From assembly GCA_964512645.1 (NCBI GenBank), contig CAZEJS010000010.1, forward strand, positions 7,022 through 71,021: a stretch of DNA of 64,000 nucleotides. The letters are read 5' to 3'. A model generated the notes under the pieces. That model saw nothing but the letters and a program-made list of their open reading frames with translations, ran no database searches and was not told the DNA's origin. The stretch comes from an uncultured Acidimicrobiales bacterium. GTDB taxonomy: Bacteria > Actinomycetota > Geothermincolia > Fen-727 > Anoxymicrobiaceae. Numbering within the stretch: the stretch's first letter is position 1; each line of letters opens with the position of its first letter. The translations under genes and the position numbers were made by a program. Positions 44,041 through 54,311 of this stretch are shown here, in pieces.

Positions 44041-45569
44041 TTGGCGTACTCCACTACGCGCGTCTCACGAATCACGGTGATCTTGATCTGGCCGGGATAG
44101 TCGAGCTGGTCCTCGACCTCCTTCGCGACGTCCCTCGCCAGTGTCGCACTCTGCAGATCGTCAACGGAATCCGACTGGACAACAATGCGTATTTCTCTGC
44201 CGGCCTGCATCGCGTAGGCTTTTTCCACGCCTTCGAAGGAGTCCGCAAGCGTTTCGAGCTTCTCCAGCCTCTTGATGTAACTCTCCAGGGTCTCGCGCCG
44301 GGCGCCCGGCCTCGCCGCGGAAATGGCGTCGGCGGCCTGCACCAGGACACCTTCTATGGTCTTGACCTCGACTTCACCGTGGTGAGCCTCCACCGCATGC
44401 GTCACCGTATTGCTCTCCCCAAGGCGCTTGGTCAGCTCGGCGCCGATTAGCGCGTGTGAGCCTTCCACTTCGTGGTCTATCGCCTTTCCGATGTCATGCA
44501 AGAGCCCGGCCCGCTTGGGCAACTTCGGGTCGAGGCCCAGTTCCGCCGCCATGATGCCCGAAAGGTGCGCAACCTCGAGCGAGTGCATGAGGACGTTCTG
44601 CCCGTAGGAAGTCCTGAACTTCAACCTGCCGAGAGCCCTCACCAGCTCTTTATTGAGGTTGTGGATGCCGACCTCGAACGCCGCCTCTTCCCCGGCCTCG
44701 CGTATCTCGTTCTCGACCTCCGCCTTGGACTTCTCGTACATCTCCTCTATTCGTGCGGGCTGGATTCTTCCGTCGCCGATCAGCTTCTCCAGGGTTAGTC
44801 TCGCTATCTCCCTGCGGACGGGGTCAAAGCTCGAGAGGATCACCGCCTCGGGCGTGTCGTCGATAATAAGGTTGATGCCGGTGAGGTTCTCGAAGGTACG
44901 GATATTCCTCCCCTCGCGGCCGATTATCCTTCCCTTCATCTCGTCGCCCGGAAGCGGCACCACGGAGACAGTGGTTTCCGCGACGTGCTCAGAGGCGCAT
45001 CTCTGGATAGCCAGTGAAACGATCTTCCTTGCCCGCTTCTCCGCTTCCTCGCGTGCGCGCGACTCCTCCTCTTTGATGTAAACCGCGCTCTCGCGTTTCA
45101 CCTCTTCACTGATGTTTTCCAGGAGGTAATCCTTGGCTTCCTGAGTGGTCATCCTCGCCACCTTCTCGAGCAGTTTCTTCTGCTCCGCGGCGGCCTTCAT
45201 CAGCTTGGATTCCTGTCCCTTGAGGTGCTCTTCCCACGAAGCAATACGCTTGTCGCGCTTCTCCGCCTCCGCCTCCTTGGTCTCGAGCAGTTCCTCCCTT
45301 TGCGAGAGACGTCGCTCCTGTCTCTGCAGGTCGCTCCTGCGACTCTTGACCTCCCTGTCAGCCTCCGCCTTCATCGACAGGACTTCGTCCTTTGCCTCAA
45401 CCTGAGCTTCACGCTTCAGGTTCTCGACCTCTCTCCGTGCGTCTTCAACAAGCTTCTTTGCCTGGTTCTCCGCGGTTGATATGCGTGCTTCGGCAAGATA
45501 CTTCCTGCCCAGAAAACCCCCGATCAGCCCTATTGCGACGGCCGCCAGGCCGACTATTATGTAAATAAT
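44037..45569 (-). CDS. rny: Ribonuclease Y
   Basis: KH domain, HD domain (HS.EVA...HDIGK). The first ATG is 45374, but the in-frame upstream sequence encodes the conserved N-terminal TM anchor [32 protein letters not shown] with no canonical start (see findings). Confidence 0.85.
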   Translation of the reverse strand: MIYIIVGLAAVAIGLIGGFLGRKYLAEARISTAENQAKKLVEDARREVENLKREAQVEAKDEVLSMKAEADREVKSRRSDLQRQERRLSQREELLETKEAEAEKRDKRIASWEEHLKGQESKLMKAAAEQKKLLEKVARMTTQEAKDYLLENISEEVKRESAVYIKEEESRAREEAEKRARKIVSLAIQRCASEHVAETTVSVVPLPGDEMKGRIIGREGRNIRTFENLTGINLIIDDTPEAVILSSFDPVRREIARLTLEKLIGDGRIQPARIEEMYEKSKAEVENEIREAGEEAAFEVGIHNLNKELVRALGRLKFRTSYGQNVLMHSLEVAHLSGIMAAELGLDPKLPKRAGLLHDIGKAIDHEVEGSHALIGAELTKRLGESNTVTHAVEAHHGEVEVKTIEGVLVQAADAISAARPGARRETLESYIKRLEKLETLADSFEGVEKAYAMQAGREIRIVVQSDSVDDLQSATLARDVAKEVEDQLDYPGQIKITVIRETRVVEYAK

Positions 45570-45754
45570 GGCGATTACCCCCTTCTTCTATGTAAACACG
45601 CCGAGCAAACGCCCGGCGCTGTACAGACAAGTATGTCGGCCCGAGTGCGGTGCAGTGCTACCCGCCAGACCGATGATGGATTCCGCCCGATCCTGCCTAG
45701 GAAAACCCCATATATCTCAATACTCGACGTTCCAGCGCAATGAATGCCCTATTT

Positions 45755-46267
45755 TCATTCTAATTCGGCGCCAGTTTCAGTGTCAACTTGCTCGGCGTTC
45801 GCGCACGCCCCGCCGGCATCCTCAACAGAGTAACCGCGGCGGAGAAGATACGCGAAAGTCTTCTCCCTCGCTTTTGCGGCACCTATCGTGCCACTGAGGG
45901 CGGAATAGCGCCGCACGGCGGCTGCTCGTGCCCGTTCCCGCTCCTCCTCGTGGTCGAGAGACTCCATCAGGCATTCCACCAGTTCCCTGTCCAGTCGCTT
46001 TTTCAGAAGCTCGGAACGGATCCGGAACGACCCCAGTCCTTTTCTCACCAGTTCTTCGACGAAAGTCCTGCCGAATTCACGATCGTCCAGCAGGCCTGCC
46101 CGTGCCAGACGCCCGAGGACCAGCTCGGTGGTCTCCTGCCCGTATCCCCATTTCCGCAACCTGTCTCTGGTCTCCCCGGTGCTCCTGGCCCTGTATTCAA
46201 TGAAGCGGATCGCTTTCCTGTACGCTTCTTCGTCGATGCCCTGCATCAGCGGCGCCAGGGGGCTCAA
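45755..46267 (-). CDS. recX: Regulatory protein RecX
   Basis: RecX three-helix repeats (YALRLL...-like); 4-bp overlap with the recA stop. Confidence 0.8.
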   Translation of the reverse strand: MSPLAPLMQGIDEEAYRKAIRFIEYRARSTGETRDRLRKWGYGQETTELVLGRLARAGLLDDREFGRTFVEELVRKGLGSFRIRSELLKKRLDRELVECLMESLDHEEERERARAAAVRRYSALSGTIGAAKAREKTFAYLLRRGYSVEDAGGACANAEQVDTETGAELE

Positions 46268-47361
46268 GCGGGGTCCTTCGCCTTCGCGGACCCTTTCGCC
46301 TTCTTCTCCACGGGGACCACTTCCACCGACGCCAACGCCCCGTCCTCGGCACTTCCCGCGGCGACCGGCGCCAGTCCCGCTTCCTCGCGTATCCGGTTTT
46401 CGACGCGTTCGGAGATGTCGCTGTGTTCGGCCAGAAAGGACTTGGCGTTCTCGCGCCCCTGCCCCAGCTGGTCCTCTTCGTACATGTACCAGGCGCCGCT
46501 CTTCTTGATGACGCCGTGAGTGACCCCCAGGTCGAGTATATCGCCCTCGCGCGATACGCCCAGGCCGTACATGATATCGAATTCCGCGTTCTTGAACGGT
46601 GGAGCCACCTTGTTCTTGACCACCCGCGCGCGCACTCGGTTTCCAACGATGTCCGTGCCCTTCTTGATAGTGTCGATCTTTCTCAGGTCCAGCCTCACCG
46701 AGGAGTAGAACTTGAGCGCCCGTCCTCCGGGTGTAACCTCCGGGTTTCCGAACATTACACCTATCTTCTCCCTCAACTGATTGATGAAGATCGCGATCGT
46801 ATTGGACCTGTTTATGGCGTTGGACAGCTTCCGCAACGCCTGGGACATGAGCCGGGCCTGGAGGCCGACATGAGAGTCACCTATATCACCCTCTATCTCG
46901 GCCCTGGGCACGAGTGCGGCGACCGAGTCGATCACGACCACGTCCACCGCGGCGCTCCTCACCAGAAGCTCTGTTATCTCCAGCGCCTGTTCGCCGGTGT
47001 CTGGCTGGCTTATTAGCAGTTCGTCGATGTTCACCCCGAGGGCTCGCGAGTAGGCCGGGTCGAGCGCGTTCTCCGCGTCAATGAAAGCTCCGACGCCCCC
47101 CATCTTCTGCGCTTCTGCGACTATCTGCAGGGCGACCGTCGTCTTTCCGCTTGATTCCGGCCCGAATATTTCTATCACCCTGCCCCGGGGAAGGCCCCCC
47201 ACGCCGAGTGCGATATCCAGTGCCAGAGAACCGGTCGGTACAACCTCGACGGCCATCCTGTCGGCTTCGGCGCCAAGTTTCATGATGGAGCCCCGACCGA
47301 ACTGGCGCTCTATCTGCATGAGCGCCATCTCGAGTGATTTGTCCTTTTCCAATCTTCTCAC
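46264..47361 (-). CDS. recA: Recombinase RecA
   Basis: GPESSGKTT Walker [13 protein letters not shown]1/L2 loops. Confidence 0.95.
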   Translation of the reverse strand: MRRLEKDKSLEMALMQIERQFGRGSIMKLGAEADRMAVEVVPTGSLALDIALGVGGLPRGRVIEIFGPESSGKTTVALQIVAEAQKMGGVGAFIDAENALDPAYSRALGVNIDELLISQPDTGEQALEITELLVRSAAVDVVVIDSVAALVPRAEIEGDIGDSHVGLQARLMSQALRKLSNAINRSNTIAIFINQLREKIGVMFGNPEVTPGGRALKFYSSVRLDLRKIDTIKKGTDIVGNRVRARVVKNKVAPPFKNAEFDIMYGLGVSREGDILDLGVTHGVIKKSGAWYMYEEDQLGQGRENAKSFLAEHSDISERVENRIREEAGLAPVAAGSAEDGALASVEVVPVEKKAKGSAKAKDPA

Positions 47362-47951
47362 CTCTTGTCAGTTCGGGCGGACTCATTGCCCACGCTATGG
47401 ATTACGGAATACTCGGATCCCTCGCTCGACAGAGTGCTCCGATAGAGGACCAGCCGGTCCACCTTCATCTCCAGCCAGTCCCGTGCGTACCGCTCAACGA
47501 TTCTCCCGGGAATCTTCACCGGCTTCCGAGCGCGGGCGACGGTGATGTGGGGAGTGTAACTCCTGCCCTCACGATTCAGACCGCAGGCCGCAGCGCCCTT
47601 GTCGAGCACATCGTACACTTTCTTCACACGGCCCGAGTCGTCGCACGCACCCACATATACGACTCTAGCAGACGACGGTGACGGAAATCCGCTCACTCCT
47701 CCGACCCTCAAAACGAAGGGCAGGTGCCTGGACGCTTTTTCCATCCATCGTGAATACTGATCGATCCTCTCCATGGAAAAAGGCCCGAGGAACCTGAGGG
47801 TCACGTGGAGATTGTCCGGGGGGACCCACCTTACACCGGCTAAGTCGTCGCTCATCTGCCCGACCACTTCTCGGACGAAGTCTCTGGTCCTGTCACTGAG
47901 TTCTATAGCGGTGAAAAGTCTCGGGTCGCGACGGCGCTGCTCGCTTCGCAT
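47358..47951 (-). CDS. thpR: RNA 2',3'-cyclic phosphodiesterase (2H phosphoesterase, ThpR/LigT)
   Basis: Two H-x-T-x motifs ([14 protein letters not shown]); 4-bp overlap with recA. Confidence 0.8.
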   Translation of the reverse strand: MRSEQRRRDPRLFTAIELSDRTRDFVREVVGQMSDDLAGVRWVPPDNLHVTLRFLGPFSMERIDQYSRWMEKASRHLPFVLRVGGVSGFPSPSSARVVYVGACDDSGRVKKVYDVLDKGAAACGLNREGRSYTPHITVARARKPVKIPGRIVERYARDWLEMKVDRLVLYRSTLSSEGSEYSVIHSVGNESARTDKR

Positions 47952-47989
47952 GAGACCAGTCTAACACCCCCCGGGTAGCAATACAAGCA

Positions 47990-48229
47990 TCATTTCTCCT
48001 CCTCGAGGCGAAACAGCTTGTCCCTGGACGAACCGCCGGACACCAGCTCCAGCGCGGACCGGCAGACGCCCAGGTGCCTGCTGAGCGCTTTCACGACCGC
48101 GGCGTTCGCTCTTCCCTTCTCCGGCGCGCATGTCACGTGCACCTTATAGGTGTCGTCCCCCAGTTCTTCGACCCTGGTGTTCGCGGAGCGTGGGCAGGCC
48201 CTCACCTTCAATATCCGGCCTTCACCCAA
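47990..48229 (-). CDS. DUF167/YggU-family small protein
   Basis: 79 aa, LKVRA.P.A..N...E.....KV.V.A.P..G.AN.A..K.L matches the DUF167 consensus. Confidence 0.65.
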   Translation of the reverse strand: MGEGRILKVRACPRSANTRVEELGDDTYKVHVTCAPEKGRANAAVVKALSRHLGVCRSALELVSGGSSRDKLFRLEEEK

Positions 48230-48309
48230 TGGAGTTCACCACCGGTGCGGCCGTAACGCGAAGGAGCGCCCTCCACGGGGCGCCCCTTCGAGATTCAGGA
48301 TCAATTGTT

Positions 48310-49395
48310 TCATTCCCAGAAGAAATGGCCATCGCGCTTGTCCTTGCGACCCCTGCGCCGTTTCTCGCGGTCGTCGCCTTCCTCTTCGACGTCGAACTCC
48401 CCGAAAACCGACTCGTCCGCCGCGCCCATCGCCAGAACCTCGTCAACGAGGTCTCTGCTGGGCGGCGGCGCAACCTTGTCCTCGGGGCCGCGGGGTTCCT
48501 GCACGGCCCTCTCTGGCGGCTTCACAGGAGGCGCAACCTCCCTCATCTCGCGAGCCGCAGGAGCCCTCTGGAGAGCATCGTCCTCCGGGGGAACCCGAGG
48601 ACCTTCCTTCCCGGAGGCGTTCTCGGGCGGTGCCACAGCGGCAGGTGGAGGTGGAGCCACGGCAGGCTCGGGCCTGTCCGGCGGGGCGGAAGGCTCTTCC
48701 CGGGGCGCGGCGGCAACGGTCGGAGGCGCGGCCGTCTCAGCGCGGGCAGGGGCCGGAGACGGCTGGTCAGCCAGGAGCGCCTCCAGCGTCCTCGCTTCCC
48801 GGGGAGCATCCTGGGGCTTCTTCTCGGGGCGCGCCGCCGGGGCGTCCGACCCGGTGGCGAAACCGGGAGGTTCCGACGTCGGTTGCTCGAACTTCACTCC
48901 GTCGGTCTCCTCCCGGGATTCCCAGTCGGCGACCTTCGCCAGTTGCGCTTCGGATATCTCGCGAATGCTGTCCAGATACCTTTTCTTGATCTCCTGGAGC
49001 GAAGCGATGGCGCGCTCAGCCTTCTGACGGTCGTTCTGAGCCGCAAGGAGCATCTGTCTGGCCTGCTCCTGCGCGCTCCGCATCATCGAATCCGACTCCT
49101 CCTGCGCTTTGGACAGCATCGCCTCCGACTCCTGCCGGGCCTGCTCCTTCACCGCCTCGGCGGATTTGCTGGCGGCCAGCAGCGCGCTCTGCAGAGACGT
49201 CTGCATCTCTTCGAACTCGGACAGCCGCTTCTTCATGTGCTCCATCTGCTGACGCAGTTCCGCGCTCTCCTGGCCGAGCCTCTCGAATTCATCGGCGACG
49301 AGATCGAGGAAAGCGTCAACTTCTTCCTCGTTATAACCTCCGAACCGTGCCGACTTGAACTCTTTGTGGTGGATGTCCGTGGGAGTCATCGCCAT
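48310..49395 (-). CDS. divIVA: DivIVA-domain cell-division/polarity protein with a Pro/Ala-rich C-terminus
   Basis: N-terminal DivIVA motif (TPTDIHHKEFKSARFGGYNEEEVDAFLD), coiled coils. Confidence 0.8.
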   Translation of the reverse strand: MAMTPTDIHHKEFKSARFGGYNEEEVDAFLDLVADEFERLGQESAELRQQMEHMKKRLSEFEEMQTSLQSALLAASKSAEAVKEQARQESEAMLSKAQEESDSMMRSAQEQARQMLLAAQNDRQKAERAIASLQEIKKRYLDSIREISEAQLAKVADWESREETDGVKFEQPTSEPPGFATGSDAPAARPEKKPQDAPREARTLEALLADQPSPAPARAETAAPPTVAAAPREEPSAPPDRPEPAVAPPPPAAVAPPENASGKEGPRVPPEDDALQRAPAAREMREVAPPVKPPERAVQEPRGPEDKVAPPPSRDLVDEVLAMGAADESVFGEFDVEEEGDDREKRRRGRKDKRDGHFFWE

Positions 49396-49423
49396 CTGAG
49401 ATTACCTCCGTTCGGTTTCAGGT

Positions 49424-50281
49424 TCAGTCTGCGAGCTCGGCGGCCCTGCGCCTGGCCGCGTCCACGGCTCCGGCGATCATTTCCGAGAAACCGCCTGAAT
49501 CCATCCGCTCGAGCGCAGCCAGGGTGGTGCCCCCCGGTGAGGAAACCGCCCTCCTCAACGCCCCCGGGTCGCTTCCGGTCTCTTTGACCGTCTTTGCTGC
49601 GCCCCACAGCGTCTCCCTGGCCAGCAGGCCCGCTGTCTCCGCCGGCATCCCGAGTTCGACGGCGGCCTTCTCGAGCGCTTCGGTCAAGTAGAAGAAGTAC
49701 GCGGGTCCGCTGCCGCTCACGGCGGTGACCAGGTCCATCAAGCTCTCTTCGACCTCGACGGCCTCGCCGATCGCCGAAAGCATCTCTCTGGCGGTCCCGG
49801 TGTCGCATTCCCCGGTACCGCTTGACACCGTGAAGCCGGAGGCCGCCGCCCGGACCATTGCGCCCATGTTGGGCATCACTCTAACGATACACGGTTCCGG
49901 ACCGACGGCTCTCCTGATGTTATCGACGGTCAACCCGGCGGCGATCGACATGAGCACCTGCGCCGGGCCGATACGGCCCTTCATCTCGGCCAGAACACCC
50001 GCGGAGTCCTGCGGCTTGACGGCGAGCACGACGGTCGACGCTTCCGACGCCAGCTCGGCGATGCTCTCAACGACCGTCACGCCCTTCTCACGCTCGAGAA
50101 GCCGTGCCCTGCCGAGGTCCTTGTCTACCACCCCGACGTCGTTGCTCTTCAGTACGCCCGAATCTATCCACGCGGCCACCATGGCCCTGCCCATGTTACC
50201 CGCGCCGACCAGACCAACACTGTACAAACCAACCACCTGTCCACTCAGAACTGGTTGAAGAAGCCCTTCTCCCTCATCCAC
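49424..50281 (-). CDS. proC: Pyrroline-5-carboxylate reductase
   Basis: GLVGAGNMG Rossmann, PNMGAMV, C-terminal ProC dimerisation domain. Confidence 0.85.
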   Translation of the reverse strand: MDEGEGLLQPVLSGQVVGLYSVGLVGAGNMGRAMVAAWIDSGVLKSNDVGVVDKDLGRARLLEREKGVTVVESIAELASEASTVVLAVKPQDSAGVLAEMKGRIGPAQVLMSIAAGLTVDNIRRAVGPEPCIVRVMPNMGAMVRAAASGFTVSSGTGECDTGTAREMLSAIGEAVEVEESLMDLVTAVSGSGPAYFFYLTEALEKAAVELGMPAETAGLLARETLWGAAKTVKETGSDPGALRRAVSSPGGTTLAALERMDSGGFSEMIAGAVDAARRRAAELAD

Positions 50282-50682
50282 TTGCGGTCCTCCGCCGAAA
50301 CCTCGATGTTTGCCGGCGTCAGCAGGAACACCATCTCCGCGACCCGCTGTATGCCGCCGTCGAGGCCATAGGTGAGACCGCTCACGAAGTCAATGAGTCG
50401 CTTCGCCAGATCGCGGTCGATGCTCTGGAGGTTGACGATGACGGGGGTGTCGTTCTTGAACTTCGCCCCAATCTGCTCCGCGTCGTTGAAGCTCTTGGGC
50501 TCGACGACGTGTACTCTCGAAGTGGTCTCGGGCACGGGCTGAAGTATCCTCTCGGAGCTTCGCCTGCGCGGGACCCTGTCCGAGATTTCCTCCACCGCTT
50601 CTTCACGAGCCCGCATCTCGCCAAACTCGTCAGGCTCCTTGAGCCCCAGCCATTCAGCCACCCTGCCCCAGAAACCGGGCAT
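50245..50682 (-). CDS. sepF: Cell division protein SepF
   Basis: C-terminal SepF domain (VIVNLQSIDRDLAKRLIDFVSG..YGL.G..Q.V...VFLLTP). Confidence 0.85.
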   Translation of the reverse strand: MPGFWGRVAEWLGLKEPDEFGEMRAREEAVEEISDRVPRRRSSERILQPVPETTSRVHVVEPKSFNDAEQIGAKFKNDTPVIVNLQSIDRDLAKRLIDFVSGLTYGLDGGIQRVAEMVFLLTPANIEVSAEDRKWMREKGFFNQF

Positions 50683-50720
50683 CTATCCGACCTCCTTGCC
50701 GGTGCGTCCGATGGCCCGCG

Positions 50721-51419
50721 TCAGGTGAACAGCGCGGTTCCGATACGCACGATTGTAGACCCTTCCTCCACGGCCACCTCGAAGTCGTTCGTCATTCCCA
50801 TCGAGAGCTCACGGAGCGTAAAACGCTCGATATCCTCCTCGCACCGGAGCCCCAGTTCCCTCAACTCCCTGAAAACCCACCTGACCCTCTCCGGGTCATC
50901 GTCCATCGGCGCAATTGTCGACAACCCGACCACTGCCAGCCCGGGCATGGCCCCTGCTTCAGAAACCAGCCAGGGGAGCGCCCCGGGGGAAACCCCCGAT
51001 TTCGAATCCTCCCCTGATACGTTGACCTGTATGAGGACGTCCTGGACGAAGCCACCCGCGCCGGCCCTGCGATCAATCTCGCCCGCAAGCCTCAGGCTGT
51101 CTACGGAGTGGATCAGGCGCACCAGCCCGGCGACCTTCCGGACCTTGTTGGTCTGAAGGTGGCCGATAAAATGCACCTCCGCACGGCCTCTGAGCCATTC
51201 CTCCTTCTCCAGCAGCTCCTGGACCCTGTTCTCTCCCACCAGGGACACCCCGGCCTCCACGACCGCCTCGACCTGAGCCCGGTCCCTGTTCTTGGTGGCC
51301 GCCAGCAACCGCACCCCGTCGGGATCACGCCCGACCCTGGATGCGCTTTCCCTTATCCGTCGGCGAACCTCATCCACGTTCTCTTTTATGCGGTTCAGAT
51401 TATTTTTCGCTTGAATCAC
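50721..51419 (-). CDS. yggS: YggS-family pyridoxal-phosphate homeostasis protein
   Basis: PLP-lysine context (LLAATKNRD), HFIGHLQTNK, MGMTNDF. Confidence 0.85.
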   Translation of the reverse strand: MIQAKNNLNRIKENVDEVRRRIRESASRVGRDPDGVRLLAATKNRDRAQVEAVVEAGVSLVGENRVQELLEKEEWLRGRAEVHFIGHLQTNKVRKVAGLVRLIHSVDSLRLAGEIDRRAGAGGFVQDVLIQVNVSGEDSKSGVSPGALPWLVSEAGAMPGLAVVGLSTIAPMDDDPERVRWVFRELRELGLRCEEDIERFTLRELSMGMTNDFEVAVEEGSTIVRIGTALFT

Positions 51420-51455
51420 AGGCTATTCCTTGTGGGGACCGACCCCCGGTGGCGG

Positions 51456-51758
51456 TCAATCAACGCCGTGCAGAACTTCAAATCCGTTCAGAGCGGACGG
51501 TTCGGTCCACTCCACTTCAACCGTGGCGACCCGCGCGGCGGACGGTCCGGTGCCGCACCACTCGATCGCCGACTCGACTTCCCGGCGTCCACCTTCGAAC
51601 AACGCCTCCACGGAACCGTCGGGCAGGTTGCGCACCCATCCCTTCAGTCCGAGCCGGAGAGCCGCCTTTCGAGTCTCCGCCCTGAAGAAAACACCCTGGA
51701 CACGTCCAATCACGCGCACCCGGGCTGCAACCCGCTCATCCACCCGATCCACCCCCAT
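51456..51758 (-). CDS. acyP: Acylphosphatase
   Basis: VIGRVQGVFFR...GLKGWVRNL motifs; 100 aa. Confidence 0.75.
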   Translation of the reverse strand: MGVDRVDERVAARVRVIGRVQGVFFRAETRKAALRLGLKGWVRNLPDGSVEALFEGGRREVESAIEWCGTGPSAARVATVEVEWTEPSALNGFEVLHGVD

Positions 51759-52548
51759 GGATAATCGCGAGCGCCGCCTGGCGTCCGCACGGAGATCCGC
51801 GCCTGTGCGAGAAATAACCGGTTGAGCACGCGGTGCAAGTGTCGGATCGGTAAACGTTCTCGGGCCATATCCCGGACGCTTCCAGATCGAGGCCGACGGC
51901 AGCCCCGAGGTCCAGGCACGTCCGGATGCCGTCTGTCGTCAAGACCCGGCGTCCGAACCTCCGGGCGAACGCGTCGGCCACCTCACCTCCTACCTCGAAG
52001 CAGCACGGCCCGATATGCGGACCCAGCAGGGCCAGGAGCTCCCGCCGTTCCTCCGTCCTCTCCCGCAACATCCTGGCGACGCTGCCGGCAATGCCCGCAA
52101 GCGCACCGCGCCAGCCGGCATGGACAACCGCAACCGCCGGACGTCCCGGATCGATTACCACCAGCGGCACGCAGTCCGCGGTGAGCACGCCGACAGCCAG
52201 GCGCCCCGTCGCGGTGAAGAGCGCGTCGGTGTCCGGCATGGCCGTGTCGTGCCCGAAGGCGCCGCGGCCCGCGTCTGAGGCGCCTACCTCCCGGACGCCA
52301 GCGCCGTGTACCTGCCGGGGCAGCACCCAACTCCGCAGGGGCAGCCCCAGCTCCCCGGCGACGAGCCGCCTGTTCGCCGTCACCGCCTCAGGCCGGTCTC
52401 CAACCGAGAAAGAGAGGTTGAGCGAATCGAAGGGCTCATCGCTGACGCCGCCGTGCCTTCCCGTGAAGGCGACCTTCACGCCGCACTCGCGCTCCAGGCG
52501 TGGGAACGCGAGCACCTCCAGCGTTCCAGAGCGCACTGTTTCCAGCAT
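51736..52548 (-). CDS. pgeF: Peptidoglycan editing factor PgeF (YfiH/DUF152 laccase-domain protein)
   Basis: Conserved His/Cys motifs of the YfiH family (LTADCVP, AVVHAGWRG, GPHIGPCCFEV). Confidence 0.8.
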   Translation of the reverse strand: MLETVRSGTLEVLAFPRLERECGVKVAFTGRHGGVSDEPFDSLNLSFSVGDRPEAVTANRRLVAGELGLPLRSWVLPRQVHGAGVREVGASDAGRGAFGHDTAMPDTDALFTATGRLAVGVLTADCVPLVVIDPGRPAVAVVHAGWRGALAGIAGSVARMLRERTEERRELLALLGPHIGPCCFEVGGEVADAFARRFGRRVLTTDGIRTCLDLGAAVGLDLEASGIWPENVYRSDTCTACSTGYFSHRRGSPCGRQAALAIIHGGGSGG

Positions 52549-53835
52549 CTATCCCGAACCGCCAGCCCCGGGAGCGGGCTCGGTGGTACTCAGCAGCACT
52601 TTCACCACCCTGTTGTTCCTCACCAGCTCCACCTTGATGGCTACGCCGTTGTAATCGAACGACTCTCCCTTGACCGGCACGTGCCCGAGGACCTTGAACA
52701 CCAGACCCCCTACGGTATCGATGTCCTCCTCCTTGGGCATCGAGATTTGCAGGACCTCGTTGAGATCGTCTATGCTGATCCGGGCGTCAACCCTGTACCT
52801 GCCCTCTGCGAGCTTCTCCACGAGGTCGATCTCCATGTCGAACTCGTCGAATATCTCCCCGACCAACTCTTCCAGCAGGTCCTCGATTGTGACCAGTCCT
52901 ACCACGGTGCCGTACTCGTCGACGATCAGGGCCATGTGCACTTTTCGGCTCCTGAACTCCCGCAGCATGTCGCTCAAGACCTTTGTCTCCGGTACCACGA
53001 ACGCCTCACGGGCGATACCGCCGACTTCTCTGGTCAGGTTTCCCTCCTGCAGGTAGAGCATCAGGTCCTTGGCGTAAAGAACTCCTCTGATGTTGTCCAG
53101 CTCCCCGGAATAGACGGGGATGCGGGAGAATCCGCGCTCGATGGTCAGAACCAGGGCGTCCTTGACGGTTGCGTCCGCCTCGAGCGTCACCATGTCGGGC
53201 CTGGGAACCATTACCTCCCTGACCATCGTGTCGGAGAATTCGAACACGGAGTGGATCATGTCCTTCTCCTCGACCTCGATGACGTCGTGCTCCTCCGCCG
53301 CGGTGACCATCGCCTTGATCTCGCCCTCGTCACGGACAAGGACCTCAGAAGGCGGCGGGCCGCGCCTCAGGACTCTCAGCACCCCTCTCGCCACAAGCTC
53401 GAAGAGTACGGCCAGCGGGTGTAGAAGCCAGCTCATGAAACCAATCGGCCTCGTCACCGCCAGCGCGTAACGCTCGGAGTCGTGGCTGGCGGCGGCCTTC
53501 GGCACCAGTTCTCCGAAGACAAACATGAATATGGTGAGCACCACGGTGCCAGCCACCACCCCAATTCCCGCGTTATGGGTGAGCCTGGTCGTCAGCCAGG
53601 TCGTCAGCGACGCAGAAGTGAGCTGCACCACGAGCACCATCAGAAGAAGCGGGGGCAGAAAGTAATCGGGGTTCTCGATGAGTTTCTCGAGCTTCCTGGC
53701 CCTGGCAACGTCTTTCTCGACAAGGTACTTCACCCTTATCCTGCTGACACTCATGAGCGCGGTCTCTGAAGCCGCAAGGTACGCGGCGAAAAGTATCAAC
53801 AGGACAAGACCGATCAATCCGAGGGTGATGGTCAT
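52549..53835 (-). CDS. CNNM/CorC-type transporter (DUF21 + CBS pair + CorC_HlyC), hemolysin-family
   Basis: N-terminal 4-TM DUF21, two CBS domains, C-terminal transporter-associated domain. Confidence 0.85.
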   Translation of the reverse strand: MTITLGLIGLVLLILFAAYLAASETALMSVSRIRVKYLVEKDVARARKLEKLIENPDYFLPPLLLMVLVVQLTSASLTTWLTTRLTHNAGIGVVAGTVVLTIFMFVFGELVPKAAASHDSERYALAVTRPIGFMSWLLHPLAVLFELVARGVLRVLRRGPPPSEVLVRDEGEIKAMVTAAEEHDVIEVEEKDMIHSVFEFSDTMVREVMVPRPDMVTLEADATVKDALVLTIERGFSRIPVYSGELDNIRGVLYAKDLMLYLQEGNLTREVGGIAREAFVVPETKVLSDMLREFRSRKVHMALIVDEYGTVVGLVTIEDLLEELVGEIFDEFDMEIDLVEKLAEGRYRVDARISIDDLNEVLQISMPKEEDIDTVGGLVFKVLGHVPVKGESFDYNGVAIKVELVRNNRVVKVLLSTTEPAPGAGGSG

Positions 53836-54311
53836 GGGTAGTCTCCCGCCTCCGTTCCGGTCATGGCGCCACCGGTAAGCCTGATCTCCGCTGCGCGCAT
53901 CTTGCGCGACCCCTCGCTGTCGTCGTGGCGGTACCCGAGGAGATGGAGAAGGCCGTGGGCGGCGAGCATCTCGAGCTCCCGGTCCAGTGCTTCTCCCCGT
54001 CCGAGCGCCTGCCTGCCGGCCGCCTCGATGTCAATAACGATATCGCCCAGCGCCTCCTCCCCTTGGGATCCCAGCAGGTTCAACTCGCCGGGCTCCAGCT
54101 GTGGAAAAGAGAGGACGTCCGTCGGCTCGTCGATCCCGCGGTACTCGGAGTTCAGCCGGCGCATGCCGGAGTCGTCGGTCACCAGGACGCTCAACTCGAC
54201 CGCAATGTCAGGAAGCAATTCGCGCGTCATCCTCCGTAGAGCGCGCTCAAGTCGCCCCCGCAACCGCCTTGTCGTCACCGCCCGCGGGTCTGTCTTTACC
54301 CTTACGCCCAT
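53832..54311 (-). CDS. ybeY: rRNA maturation endoribonuclease YbeY
   Basis: HGLLHLLGYRHDD zinc motif. Confidence 0.85.
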   Translation of the reverse strand: MGVRVKTDPRAVTTRRLRGRLERALRRMTRELLPDIAVELSVLVTDDSGMRRLNSEYRGIDEPTDVLSFPQLEPGELNLLGSQGEEALGDIVIDIEAAGRQALGRGEALDRELEMLAAHGLLHLLGYRHDDSEGSRKMRAAEIRLTGGAMTGTEAGDYP

